Source: Balamuthia mandrillaris
Taxonomy: Eukaryota
Direction of reading: 5' to 3'
DNA: 64,000 nucleotides
Assembly: GCA_031835245.2 (NCBI GenBank)
Contig: JAVKOQ020000020.1
Coordinates: 248,001-312,000, forward strand
Part shown: one piece after another, positions 10,634 to 23,500 of the stretch
Numbering within the stretch: the stretch's first letter is position 1
How the letters are laid out: each line of letters opens with the position of its first letter
Made by a program: the position numbers and the translations under genes
Notes under the pieces: model-generated
The model's database searches: none
Told to the model about the DNA's origin: nothing
Seen by the model: only the letters and a program-made list of their open reading frames with translations

Positions 10634-10752
10634 AGGATACAGCACGATGGATTCCCGGGTGGTCACCCACCCCAGTACTAACATCGCCTGGCGGAGCTTA
10701 ACTTCGCTGATCGGACGGGAAGCGGTGCTTTCTCCGCAGTATGGCCGTATCC
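10634..10752 (-). rRNA. 5S: 5S rRNA (copy 3)
   Basis: Identical to copy 1; its ~100-bp 3' flank (~10535-10633) is also similar to that of copy 1 (~8700-8806). Confidence 0.98.
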
Positions 10753-10878
10753 AACTGCTTGTTCAGTTTCTTGCAGTATCCAACGGAAAATGCGCCTTCT
10801 TGCAATTTGGCCTTATCCCACCTAGACGACATGTAGCAGCACGAAAGGGCAGCCATATCATTTTTCCGTTTCTCTCTC

Positions 10879-10951
<73 letters not shown>

Positions 10952-11077
10952 CTCGCATTCATTCTTTCTTTCAGGTATGTACATAGTGTTTTATTCTGGT
11001 TGCATTGGTATGAGTTTTTTTTGTTGCACGTCCCAACACCCTCCTCTGAGCTATGCGACCTACGGTAGCCCCACTCC

Positions 11078-11434
11078 TCACCCTCCGCGCTCCATGCCCA
11101 GTTCTCCTCCTTTGGCCTTCTTTTCATCTTGCTGCAACCCTTGGGTGCTCTCTGCCTTTCCGAGAAGGGGTTCGGAGGTGGGCGCGCTGTCCCTCTTCTG
11201 TTGATACTCCTGCTCATCGCCTACGTAGAGCCCTTGGCCTCTCAGGCTGGAGACGTCAGCGCCCGCAAAGGTGTGGGGCTCCTTGGCCACGTCCTTGGCG
11301 GAGGTGGGGGCCGCCGGCCCGGTCTTGCCGACGTTCAGGATCTGGTTTTCCTCCCCGACGTTTTGTTGGGCTCTGTCGGACTTGGAGAGCCTGCTCTCGC
11401 CCTCACCTCCCACGGTGGTCACTGTTTGGCTCAT
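11078..11434 (-). CDS. Small intronless hydrophilic Gly/Glu/Gln-rich protein (hydrophilin-like), function unknown
   Basis: 118-aa ORF, GC-rich coding-like sequence, CAA-rich leader, TATATATAAA box about 70-80 bp upstream (11504-11517, minus strand). Confidence 0.7.
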   Translation of the reverse strand: MSQTVTTVGGEGESRLSKSDRAQQNVGEENQILNVGKTGPAAPTSAKDVAKEPHTFAGADVSSLRGQGLYVGDEQEYQQKRDSAPTSEPLLGKAESTQGLQQDEKKAKGGELGMERGG

Positions 11435-11642
11435 GCTGTCAGGACTTGTTGCTGTAGTTGTTGTGTTGTTTGTTGTTGTTGTTCGATGGAAGGGTCGTTG
11501 CTTATTTTATATATATAGTGGGGTCTCATGGGCGTGCTCCAAAGTTTCCATCGAATTGCTTTGTGTTTGAAGTTGTTTGCAAAAACTTTTGGAAACATAA
11601 AAGAATGTATAAAATATACAACTATACAGAACAAAGAACATG

Positions 11643-14600
11643 TCAAAGTGAGTGGTGTTGAGGAAGTGGTGGATCCTTCTCGTCCTTGTTGGAAGCCAAG
11701 AAATCATCCAGGTCTTCTTCTTGGAAGGGAGAGGCAACAAAACTGGCGGTGAACTTGCTCAAGTCATCCAGCTCCGTCTCGGCAGTGTCGGAGGGAATGA
11801 TGCAGGCAGCATGCCTCCATTCTTCCATGGTTACGGGAGAACAATCCAAATGCGTTAAGTTTCTTAAACGACTGAGAATGTAGATCCTGTGTGATAGAGA
11901 GAGGCAGAGAAATGAGTTTTTTGAAAGCAGGAAAAAGAAAAAAGGGAATTGAATGGAGAGGAAGAGAGAAGAAAGGAACCTATAGTTATAGTAATGATGC
12001 TTGGCTGTGCTGAAAAAGGGAGACGCTCCATTATGGAGGGTGCTCAAGTAACGCAGGGAGGGCACACTATCAACAAGATTGTCCATCAACTTTTCAATCT
12101 CGAGGATCCAGTTATGGTTCAGGCTAAGAGTGTGCAGCTTTGGGAGCAAAGGCAGCTTCACGTTGTGGGTCAAGTGATTGTTGTCCAAGATAAGCGTGTG
12201 TAACTCTCTGAAACCTTCCAAAAAGCTAACCGTTCTTTATATGCATTCACCGATGAGCAAATGTGTTTGGAAGAAGACAGGAGGCACGACAAGATAAAAA
12301 TGACGTACTCCAAGTCATTGTGGCTGAGATCAAGTTCCTTGGCAGTATACTTGAACTTGCTGAGCATAGAGAGGTCCGACAAGCCGGAAAGCTCCCATGC
12401 CAGCGACAAACGGCCTTCTCCAACCACAGGAGTATAATAGAAAGGCACCGGCTGACTGTATTGAACCAAATCTTTGGGCTCCACATCGTGCTCTCGGCCT
12501 TCCTCCACACAAGCCACCCAGAAGTATACTATTCCTGGTTTGTGTGGAGGAGCAGAAAACTCCAACAAACCATTTGCTATTTCCTATTCAACAACAAGAA
12601 AGGACGCAGGATAAACAGAGGAGCCAAAGAGGAAATGGAATAATAAGAATTAACCATCGGTGAAAAGCAGTAAGAGCGAGGAAATTAGAAGGAGAGAACC
12701 TTAGCTTCGGCCACGGCTTCGCCAAAGAGACAAGAGAAACGATAGCTCTTGCCTTTCCGGAAAATAAAACCGCTCTTGTCAAAATGCAGCAAAACTTTGG
12801 TGTTCTCTGTACAAGGGCCTGAGTCAGGGGCATAAGACTTGATCTCTACCAAACCTCCTTCTTCACCTTTTTCAAAAGAAGAGGTAGAAGAAGAACCATA
12901 ACAAGAAGAGCGAGTAGAGAGAAGTCAGAATATTGAACTAAAGAGCTAAAAAGAAAAGACGGAAACGTTACTATCAGAGGATCGCGCTTGGAGAGCAAGT
13001 GGAGAGACAGAAGTAGAAGTGGAAGTGGAAGTGGAAGTAGAGGAAGAAAGTGGATGCACACTATTGACATTGCCCAAAACTGGAGAAGCAGAGGCAGCAG
13101 AAGCAAGAGAAGTTGAAGCAGCTTGAAAGGACTGTTGTTGACTGCTGCTGCTACGTAACAGATTATGAGAGAGAGAAGGAACAGGTGTAAATGGAAGGAT
13201 AGCTCCATTTTCAATACGACTAGTGAACCGAAAGATAGCATTCGAAGAAGAGGACGACGAGGAAGAGGAGGCGGAAGAGGAGGTATTAGGTATCACTGTT
13301 GCTGATGAGGTTTGTCCTGCAGGAGAAGAAGAAGACACGCCGCTATCAGTGTTTTTCACGATATCGTCTGCGTGGCTGTGGTCGTCATCATCTTCAATTT
13401 CTATCTTGACTGGCCCAAAAAGCGTTGACATAGTTCTTTCCGAAGCAGCCGCATCTCCTCCAAAGAAAAGCGAAGAAGCATAAAGCGGAGAGTGCGGACC
13501 TATAACTGCGGAAGAAAGTAACGGCGATGCATCTGTGGAAGGAGACGATGATTGTTGAATAACGGAAGACGACGCAGATGGAGCACGTCGCTTCGCTGGG
13601 CGAGGATTCACTAAAGCAGAGCTCGACTGTCCTTCGTACAATTCAATCATGTGGTGAACGCTGTTTGCAGGTTTCATGCCCATGAGTGGCGTTCCTTCTT
13701 CGTTGTGTAATGATGGAGGTGGAGAAGAAGATGACGACGGAGTGGAAGAAAGAGGAAGAATTTGAGGTAAAGGTGTAATACTAGTAGAAGCAGAAGAAGA
13801 AGAGGACGAGAAAGAAGTGGAGGAGCAACCATTGCTCTCCTCTTCTTCCTCATCTTCTTCATCATCGTCTTCTTCTTCCTCTTCTTTTTGGCTTAAACTG
13901 CGAGCTCTCCTAGGCTGCCAATCCTCTCCTCCTGCTTCGCTTTCTTCAGTTTCTCCTTCTTGCGGCACCGCTCGCTTTCGTTTCAGTCCTCTCTTGTCTC
14001 CATTACTTCATTTGTCACAAAGGCAAAACCGGTTAAGAAACCAAAATGAGTTCGGAGAAGTAGAAGTTAGAAAGGAAAAGAAAAGAGGAGGAAATACTTT
14101 TTAAAGAAGTAATGAACAAGAACAGGAAAGTCTTGCACGCTTTGTCCTTCAGTCACTGTGAGGCGTCCGTCTTGAGATTGTTTAAAGTAAGTCTCTCGAC
14201 TGACAAGTTTGTACTCGTTCCTCCGCCATCCTAAGCATTTGTTCGAGTTACAACAAGAATGGAAGCTGAGGAAGAAGGAAGACGGAAGAAGGAAGATCAA
14301 CAAGAAAGACGTATGCTGCTGACCTTCATCGAGACCTTCAGCTCTCCACGTTTGTCTACGCATGACGACCACTCCCTCGTCATTACGATTGTTCTTGAGT
14401 TTGTAGAGCTCCGTCTTTTTGTTGTGAATGATGAGCTTGATGCTCATCTTCTTGGCCGCTATCCATTGTATTTGGTCATTCCGCCGAGCGGCTATCGGCA
14501 CGCCATCGTCATACAGAAAGAGGTGCTGCTTTTCTTCTGTTTATTTGTGTATGTTTTTGAAATTTGATGGAGAAGAAAAGTTGATGCAGGAAAAGTTAAA

Positions 14601-14862
14601 AGAGAGAAGAAAGAAGGAGAGTGGCAAAGAGAGAGAGAAAGACGGTACCAGAGTCGGCAGGGCGAGGGGCAGCCATGGAAATCAGTTCCTGGAGAGGGTT
14701 CTGGAGCAGCAAATGGATGAGGGGATAGTCCTTGGAGCGGAACTCCCTGGAGAGGTCGAGGCTCTGGTTGAGCACCTGCGGCGGGAGGGAGTGGCTGTGG
14801 ATCTCCTGCAGGTAACGCTTGATCTTTTCGGAATTTAGGGAAACCACTTTCTTGAACTCCAT
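11643..14862 (-). CDS. Multidomain protein: CG-1-like N-terminus, Ser-rich linker, IPT/TIG domain, LRMDA-like leucine-rich repeats
   Basis: Exons ~14646-14862, ~14324-14530, ~14125-14235, ~12970-14010, ~12700-12860 (IKSYAPDSGPCTENTKVLLH...FSCLFG), ~12308-12585, ~11980-12232, 11643-11887. LRRs ELDLSHNDL, TLILDNNHL, TLSLNHNWI and LRR cap YRIYILSRLRNLTHLD. Confidence 0.72.
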
Positions 14863-15499
14863 TTTTTTCTTTCTGAAAAAAAAAAAAAAAAGGGTAAGAA
14901 GGGGGGATGGTTTGGTTTTTTTAAAACAATTAGGAGCTTTCTCTTTTTGCCCGTGCGTCTTTCTTGGACATTTGCTTCCTTCCTTTGTTTACTCTCCTTT
15001 AGGCCCTTTTATTGAACAATTTACTGATTGGAAATTTCCTTTTACAGAAAAAAACGCCACATCCCCATTCTCATGACGACCTGTTTCATTTTTTTCACGT
15101 CGACACGAAATAAAGTTACCGCATTTCTTGGGCCAAGTTTCCTCTTGTATATTTCTTTGAGATAATTTGTTCTGTCGACATGGAACTTTTTTTTTCCGTT
15201 TGCCTCTGGAATTTCATCCACTTTGTTCGTTGCTGAAACCCCGCGAGTGAAAAACGATACTACCGCCCATCATCATCGTATTCAGCAATGGGGGGAAAAA
15301 AAAATCGGCCCATTGGGTGGTGTCCAATCAATCAGATTGGACAAAAATAGACGTTTTCATTTCACAAAAGAAGAAAAGTAGAAAGAGAAACACACACACA
15401 ACAAAAAAAAAGTAGCGTCCCACCTGCAACGACACTACTTTCTCCTCCTTCTTCGAAGCACAACGCACAAACAGCAAACAACCGCCAGTACAATAGAAG

Positions 15500-17302
15500 A
15501 TGAAGGTGGTTGTTGTGGTGGCTCTGGTGGTGCTTGGCGCGCTGGCCTTGGCGGGTCATGCGGCCGAATGGCAAATCGGCGCGGGCATCTATGACATCAC
15601 GGGACCTGCCTCTGAAATTGGCATGATGGTATTTATTTTTTTCTGCTACTTTCCCTCTCATTTTTTTTGTTCGGTTTCGTTTTTGTTCTTGTCTCATCTG
15701 TTTGTGGATTACTTGGTTTTTTTTTTTGTTCGACCGCTATTTTTTTCCCCTTTGTTTTGCTGGTCACCATTTTTTTCACGCAAGCGTTGGTGTTGATCAA
15801 TCTTTTTTCTTTTTCTTCACCATCTTTTTTTTTCTTTTTTGTTGTTACTTCTTTTGTTACGTTTCGTTGCTCAAACCTTTTTCGCTTTTGAACGCGCACA
15901 AACCAAAAGGGCTATGCTATGCTCAACCAAAGGACTTCAGGCATCCACTTTAGGTTGCGCGCCAGAGCCTTTGTCATTGTGCAAGGCGACAAGCGAGTGG
16001 CCTTTGTCAGCACCGACTCTGCCATGATCTACACCTCGGTGAAGAGGGAGGTGGTGAAGAAGCTGCAGGCCACCTACGGCAACATGTACGACTATGACAA
16101 CGTGGTGCTGAGCGGCACTCACACTCACAGCGGACCTGGTGGTTACTCGGAGTATGCCATCTTTGGTGAGTACCATTTTTTCTGTGGAGTTTATGTTACA
16201 ACTTGCTAACTATTTGTCTCTCTTCCTCCCTCCCTCTCCCTTTCTTTGTTCTCTTTGCATGACACACAGACATTACCACTTTGGGTTTCCAAAAGGACAA
16301 CTGGAAGGCCATCATCGATGGTATCTATCAAGCGATCGTGCGTGCTCACAACAGCGTGAAGCCAAACGCTTCCATATTGTTCGCCAATGGTACTTTGATG
16401 GATAGCAACATTAAGTACGTTTTCTCTTCCTGCTTTTCTTGTTACATCTTACATTATTTTTACCAACGTTGCTTTCTTCTCTCTCTCCTCTCTCTCTCGT
16501 GCGCTTCCAGCCGTTCTCCAACTGCCTACAAAAACAATCCCGCTGCTGAACGTGCCAAGTACCAATATGACGTAGACAAGGTGATGAATCTCCTCAAGTA
16601 CGTCTCTCACTCTCTCGCTCTCTGTTACTCCCATACGAACATTGTAGTTCTTATCAATTTTGGTTCGCATACAGGTTCGTTGACGGAAACGGAAAGGGCA
16701 TTGGAATGGCCAACTGGTTCTCTGTCCACGGAACCTCCATGAATAACACCAATCGTTACATCAGCGGAGACAATAAGGGTTATGCCTCTCTGGTGTTCGA
16801 ACGCCAAGTCAATGGCAACGACTCTCTTCCTGGAACCGGTCCCTTTGTTGCTGCCTTTGGCCAAACGTACTTCTTTCTTTCTCTCGTTTCTTTTTGAAGT
16901 AATGAGTTTATTTATTTAAAACAACCAGTGCCGAAGGCGATGTGAGCCCCAACACCAAAGGAGCCTTTTGTAATGACGGCACTCCCTGCGAAGTGGCCCA
17001 CAGCACTTGTGGTGGCTACAGCGAGGGATGTCATGGCTATGGCCCAGGCAAGAACAATGACAACTTTGAGAACACCAAGATCATCGGTGGCAACCAGTTC
17101 AAGAAAGCATGGGAGCTCTATAACTCGGCCTCTCTTCCTGTGACTGGTCCGCTGCACTATGTCCATACTTTTGTGAATATGGAGCAGGTTAAAGTTGGGG
17201 CACCCTTCAATCACGGTTATTCCAACGCCACCACTTGCCCGAGCGCTTTGGGCGACTCTTTTGCTTCTGGAAGTAAGTTTATTATTTTTTCTAATGTGTT
17301 CT

Positions 17303-17336
<34 letters not shown>

Positions 17337-18539
17337 TCTTTCTCTGATCACATTTCTTGTAAACAATTTTAGCTACGGATGGACCTGGAGAGTTCAACTT
17401 TGTGCAAGGCACCAACAGCACCAGCACCAACCCATACTGGAACTTTATCGGAAGGTATTTATCACCTATGCTCGTTGCTCTTCCCTCCCTTCCCATCACT
17501 AACAAAACAATCTACCAGTTTCCTATCCAAACCCTCCAAAGAACAAATGGCATGTCAGTACCCCAAGCCCATCCTCCTCAACACGGGTGGTATCCAGTTC
17601 CCTGCCCCATGGGAGCCCAGCATCCTCCCCCTGCAACTGGTGCGTCTTGGTCAGGTGGTCCTTATCGCGGTCCCTGGCGAGTTCTCTACCATGTCCGGAA
17701 GGAGACTGAGGGACACCGTGAAGAGCGTGGTGGAGGCTAACGGCATGCAGGATGCCATTCCCATCATTGTCGGCTTAGCCAATGCTTACTCGCATTACAT
17801 CACAACCTTTGAGGAGTATCGTAAGTCAACCCTTTTTCCTCTCTCCTTTTGTCTAATTTGCTTACTAAGCATAATGTGTTATTGCTAATAGATATTCAGC
17901 GTTATGAGGGAGCGAGCACCTTGTATGGCCCTCATACCCTTGGTGCTTATCAGCAAGAGTACAGCAAGCTGGCCGTTGCTTTGGCCAAGGGCACCACCGT
18001 TCCTCCAGGCCCTACTCCTCCTGATCTCAGCAACAAGACTGTACGTCTTGCCCTTCTTTTTGTCTTTCTAACTTTTATACTTTCTTTTGTTTTTTACTCA
18101 TCAGACATGTCTTTTTAAAAACGAATTTCAGTTCTGTTTGCAACCAGGAGTGATTGAGGACGTGGCACCTCCATTCACTAGCTTCGGCGACGTTCACGTA
18201 GACGTGAAATCCTCCTACCGTCGCGGTCTCTCCACCGTCAAAGTCGTCTTTTGGGGCGCTGACCTCCGCAACAACTACATGACGGAGAAGTCCTTCCTAA
18301 CCGTCGAAAGACAGGTCTCCCCCAACAACTGGCAGGTGGTTGCCACGGACGGCAGCTGGGAGACCAAGTTCAAGTGGGAGAGCTACTTTGTGCTGGCCAG
18401 CTTGGTCACCGTGGAGTGGGAGATCCCTGAGGATGCCGCCCCGGGCACCTACAGGATCAGGACCTACGGAGCGGCCAAGGTGTTTGGCAACATCAAGCCC
18501 TTCACCGGCACCTCTTCCACGTTCACGGTTACGGCTTAA
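15500..18539 (+). CDS. Neutral/alkaline ceramidase, secreted
   Basis: Signal peptide; IGAGIYDITGP, MMGYA, LRARAFVI, SGTHTHSGPGG, WFSVHGTSM, SGDNKGYAS, EGDVSPN, PGEFSTMSGRRLR, QRYEGASTLYGPHTL; C-terminal Ig-like domain. Confidence 0.96.
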
Positions 18540-18739
18540 AACACACCCCAACCAACCAAAGCAACAACACCCTTTTTTTTTTCTTCACTTTTTGTATGTT
18601 TTTGTTTTTATTTCGTTTAACGCCGAAGAAAAAGTGTTATTTTTTTGGTTTTATCGACAAAACTAAAAATTATCGATTCTCTTTTCAAGTATCCAAAACA
18701 ACCGTTCCTTGATACGATAATCGATAAAAACGACTATAT

Positions 18740-19865
18740 TTAATTATTTCCAGTCTTTTCGCTCATGGGAACAGCAGAGGAAGCAGAAGGAGGGATCTGG
18801 TTTTCGGAGGTGGTCGGCACCAACGTGATGGCGTTGTCTCTGTTGTAAAGGGCAGCCACGGGCCACAGCCGCTCCACATCGGCGGGCATCTTGCAGCGCT
18901 CGCAGAGGACCTTGTCGCGGTAGAGCTCGATCGTTCGGGCGTCAAAGTCAGCGACGAAGGAGAGCAAAGAGCCGGTACCCCACTGGGGAAGATTCTTTTT
19001 GTGGGGTCTCCCTTCGGAGCTGCTGTCGGAGTTGCCATCCACTTTTTAGGGTTTGGTCAGTTTAAAAAACAATGTTCAAAGCAACCAAAACAGCAAACGT
19101 TACCACTATGACTTTATTGTTTACGATTGGTCCAACACCAATTCCGTTTGATGGCGTCGGGCCTCCATGCATGCAGGCGACAGTCCCAAGAGTCCTCTAC
19201 CAGCCCTACCGTCATGAAAGATTTGCCAGTTGCGGCGATCTTAAAGTTGACCTGAGCGCGTCCTTTGCGAAGGCTTTGTTTTCCTCTCATGGTTGGGAAG
19301 AGGCTTTTTGCAGGAGAAGAAAAGGTGTGAAAAAAAGTAGTTGGGAAGAGTAAGAGAAGAGGCAGATGAACGATGGAAGAGCGAGAAGTATAAACCTGCC
19401 CATCCATCGCAGGTTGTTGTTGTCTATGAACAAGTTTTGTCCTGGGCCAGAAGTGATGACCTCCCTTGCACCGTTATCTTTGGTATTCTCCTTGCCAACG
19501 TTGGCCATTCTGCGTTCCTGATAAGGTATGGTTGCTTGAGAAGGATCCCAAGATAACGCCGCATCTTTTTGTAAATCATGAGTATGTAGGTTCGGATCAG
19601 AAAAAAGAAGAGAAGAAAAAAAAACAAGCAAAACAAACAGCTTTGCACCTTTATAAGTTACACGCCAGTTGCCGTGAACATCGACCTGGACTATCCCGAA
19701 GTCGTGCTTGCAACGCAGCTTCCATACGTTCTCGTCCAGCGCTGCCTCGCAAAAAGCGTTGCAAACAAGGAACGACGGATAGAGAGCCTTGGTTTCGATG
19801 AAGCTCAGAATAAGGCTCAATAATTCCACCGGCAAATCCAATACGTTTATGAGTTCTGACTCCAT
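18740..19865 (-). CDS. F-box and SPRY/B30.2-like domain protein
   Basis: N-terminal LDLPVELLSLILSF...LVCNAF..AALDENVWK F-box; C-terminal FMTVGLV, LLSFVADFDARTIELYRD and LWPVAALY (SPRY-like). Confidence 0.8.
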
Positions 19866-20161
19866 TTACGTGTGCTTTGTTCTGTATTGAGGTCTTTTTT
19901 GTTGGAAAAAACAAAGTGGGGGGAACAAAAGCAACAAAACTTTCGAGTTGCGTTACAAGTTGCTGGAGCGGTATTCTTCCTTTTTCTTTTTTATTCACTC
20001 AGAAGCCTTTCGACACTCACCGACGACATTTTTGTTTTTTCAAAAAGGTGGTTTCGCTGACTTCGGTTCGACTCCCCTTGCTGACAATTTTAACGGTGCA
20101 CGGTTCGACACCCATCAATCACAACTATCTATCAAAGAATAGAAAAGAAAGAAAAGAAAGG

Positions 20162-20503
20162 ATGAAGAGCATAACAAGATATTTTTTTGCAAAGGGCAAA
20201 GTCCAAAACGTCATGTTTCGCCAAACCCTGATACGTGCCGCCCAGTCCCGCAACCTGGAGGCAGGGGCCACCAACCTGCGGGAAGATCGCAACCAAGTCT
20301 CCTTCACCCTGCGCGGAGAGAGCGCCGAGAAGATGGAGGAGATCGTTCAGTTCATGCGGGCGGGGAAGCAGCTGAACAGTTGGGGAGCGCAGGTGCACAG
20401 CCTGGAGGAGAGGGAGACCGGCACCGAGGTTGACAAGCACGAGGTGCACACGGGCAACGTGGATAGCTTTCAGTGGAGTGCTGGCGTTGAGATGTATCTT
20501 TGA
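20162..20503 (+). CDS. Acylphosphatase-like protein (intronless)
   Basis: GKVQNVMFRQT and GATNLRED match the acylphosphatase G.VQGV.FR and V.N..DG motifs. Confidence 0.85.
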   Translation: MKSITRYFFAKGKVQNVMFRQTLIRAAQSRNLEAGATNLREDRNQVSFTLRGESAEKMEEIVQFMRAGKQLNSWGAQVHSLEERETGTEVDKHEVHTGNVDSFQWSAGVEMYL

Positions 20504-20583
20504 GGTGTACCATAGCTATAGACAAATAAAAATAAAAAGCTTTTGTTTCGTGAAACAAAAAAAAAACAACAACAAACAGTCCA

Positions 20584-23500
20584 TCACCAAAAGAACGAAG
20601 AAATGGTGCTTCTGCTCCTCCTCTGTCCCCTTCGGAGGCCCCTCCTCTCCTCCTCCTCCTCCTCCTCTGCGCTGCTGCCGGCAAAGACCTCCATCGTGGT
20701 GCCCAACAGCACCTCCAAGACCTGGTCCAGCGTTTGGGTGGTGCGGAGGATTTGGAAGGAGGCCTCCGGCACACTCTCCTGGTTCAGTGCGGCATAGATG
20801 GATGGCAACAATGTCTCTGCGTACCTATTTTATATATATATATATATAGTCATTTGGTTCGTTAAACACAAATGTTTTTGGAAAGAAAGGAAAAGAAAGC
20901 AACAGCCAGGAAAGTACCAGTTGTTGTGGGAAGGAGCAAAGAGGATGTGTCGCAACATCTTTCGGCCTATAGTGCCGCTCTCATCCAGGAAGGCACGCTC
21001 TGCCCACATCAACCTGTTGTTAACTCTTCGTTGCAGCTGTTAACAAAAGGTTGTTAGGGAATGTTCAGTATAAAGGAAACAATAGAGAGACAAGAAGCAG
21101 AGAAACGAAAGAAGACTAACGTCAGGATGAATGGTCGTTCTAGATTTTATCTCATCGACGCGAGCAGTAAGGTTGGTAGCTCCCTCGCAGAACTGCCCCA
21201 CTTTCTGTTCCAATTGTTGCAACTCTTGCTCCAATTCGTCGTACAATTCTCTGTTTAGTGCGTTGTTGGTAATGTCTTGATGCGATTGTCTATCGTGGAA
21301 ATACACAAAATAGAGAGAGATTTAGTCGTTAATGAGAGCAAGCAACACAACAATCATAACCAAAAACAAAAACAACTGAACCTTAACAGCACGCAGTAGT
21401 TATTATACTCCAAAGGCAATATCTTCTGGTCCACAAATCGGAACAACAAGGCTCCGAGCGTGCGCACCAACGTCGCATGATAGACCAAGCCTGGATCCAC
21501 GAACCGCTCCACAAAGTCAGCAGTATCATAGCCAGTATTCTTTATGGCAGAGTGTTTGGGGGAAGAGGAAACGAATCGAACGTCGAGGGAAGGAACTCCA
21601 ACCAATTGCACGAATCCCAAAGTATCATCCAAGCCAACAGGCTTCAACTTTTTGTCTTTCCATATGTTGTATAAGGTAGCAGAGGGAGAAGAAGGAGAAA
21701 CAGGATTGAAAGAAGAGGAAGGAGATGGGAGGGTGCGAAGAACGGAATCGAAGAAAGGCTGGAGAGTGGGTGTGCCTCGACCTAAGAGCAAGTCCGTGCC
21801 TTCAACGCCGTGGTCAACGTTGATGTACAGAACGTTCTGGATTTGGAGCATGCGTCGGTGGCGCTCCACAAACTCAATGCTTCCTGCAGCATTGTACTCT
21901 CCTGTTTTATTTTGAAATAATCAGCGCGAAAGAAGTTAAGATAAAGAAAGAAGAACAAAGGAGTTACCAGCATCCCAGCTTGCCAGAAGAATGCTTCTTC
22001 CAGGCTTCCATCCACTTTTGACAGCTTTAGCAACGCCCTTGCATACCTCCAAAAACGCAGCGGTGCCGCTGTGAGGATCACCTCCTCCGTATACCCAAGC
22101 ATCTCGATGGTTACCAAGAATGATCTGTCATTTGTATTGTGTGTATGTTATAAAATGGTGCAAATATTTTAATAAAAAAGGACCAAACCATGCGATCAGG
22201 TTCACTAATGCCGTTTATACTATCGTGTTAGCGTATTGTTAGTAATAGCAAACGCAATAACAATAAAAAAACGAAAGAGAGAATAATAATAATACCGAGC
22301 AAGAACATTCCAAGCATTCACGACTAAACTTCCTAATTCCACTTCCAAATGCACTATTACCTGCTCATCTTCCACTGCTTCCTCTCCAACTCCAACGCGA
22401 TACGTGAAGTTTCCTCCTCCCTGCCACTCCTTTGGTGCTTCAGCTCCTTTCAACCTTCTCAGCAACACTTCAGCGTCCTTCCATGAAATTGGTTGCACTG
22501 GAATGGTTGGTAGGGGTTCATATCCTTTTCTCCTCGCCTCCATTCCCTGGTCTAGGTCTTCATGCCAGTCGTTCAACGTTTGGGCAGTGGTCATTCTCGG
22601 TCCCGATAGCGTGGAGGGCCATCCAGGGGTGGAGGGATCTCCAGCTCCAAGCCAAACGCTTCCTCTTGGGTTGGCAGAGGGAGGCACTCTAGATCCTTCC
22701 GGATAATACGCTTCATTTTGCTTCGCTCCTCCGGCTGTTTGTGAAGAAGAAAAGAGAGGGTCCGGATAAAGAAGACATCCAGCAGCACCACGTTCTTGGG
22801 CCAAACGAACCACATTTCCACGAAACATTTGATCGTTATAGCGCGCTATGACTATACTGCCATTCACAACGTGCTTAATATTGTTGGAGAGAAAGAGTTG
22901 CTCCAACGCATCAAAGTCTTCTTCGCGACCAAAGTTAACGTAAAGCAGAGGAGCGGTTGCATTTCCAGAAGCGGAATAGGCGCTGAAGGGAGGAACTGCG
23001 TTGGGGTCCCCAAATTGTTGAGATTTGTTCTGGGAAGAAAGTGGTTCTTCAGAGAGAGTGGCGGTGTAAATAGGAGAAGAGGAGGCGGCGGAAGGAAGTA
23101 TTTGGACAAGCCGGTGAATGGGTTGGCTGATGAGTACCGGAACAGTTTCCATGTAAACATTTTCCAGTCCAAACTCTTCCAGCCTTTTTTTTAAAAAAAA
23201 CAAGGAACAGCAGGAGAAGATGTGAGCTCAATTGAGAAAGAAAGAACAGAACAGAACAGAAGTGGTAAGAAACGAAACGAAATCACGAGAAACGAACTTT
23301 GCTTTCATGGCCTCGGCACCCTCTTTGCTTGAAGCAAAACCAGGCAAACTGACTGAGTAAGAAAGAAATAATAGTGAGAAAAGAGAGGAAGCAGAGAGAT
23401 AGAACGAGAGAAGAGAGCTGAAGAGAAGGAGAAGAGAACAAAGCGAGAAGGGATGAGAAAAGATAGAGAGGAAGCATACTCGTGGCCGATATGTTCCTTA

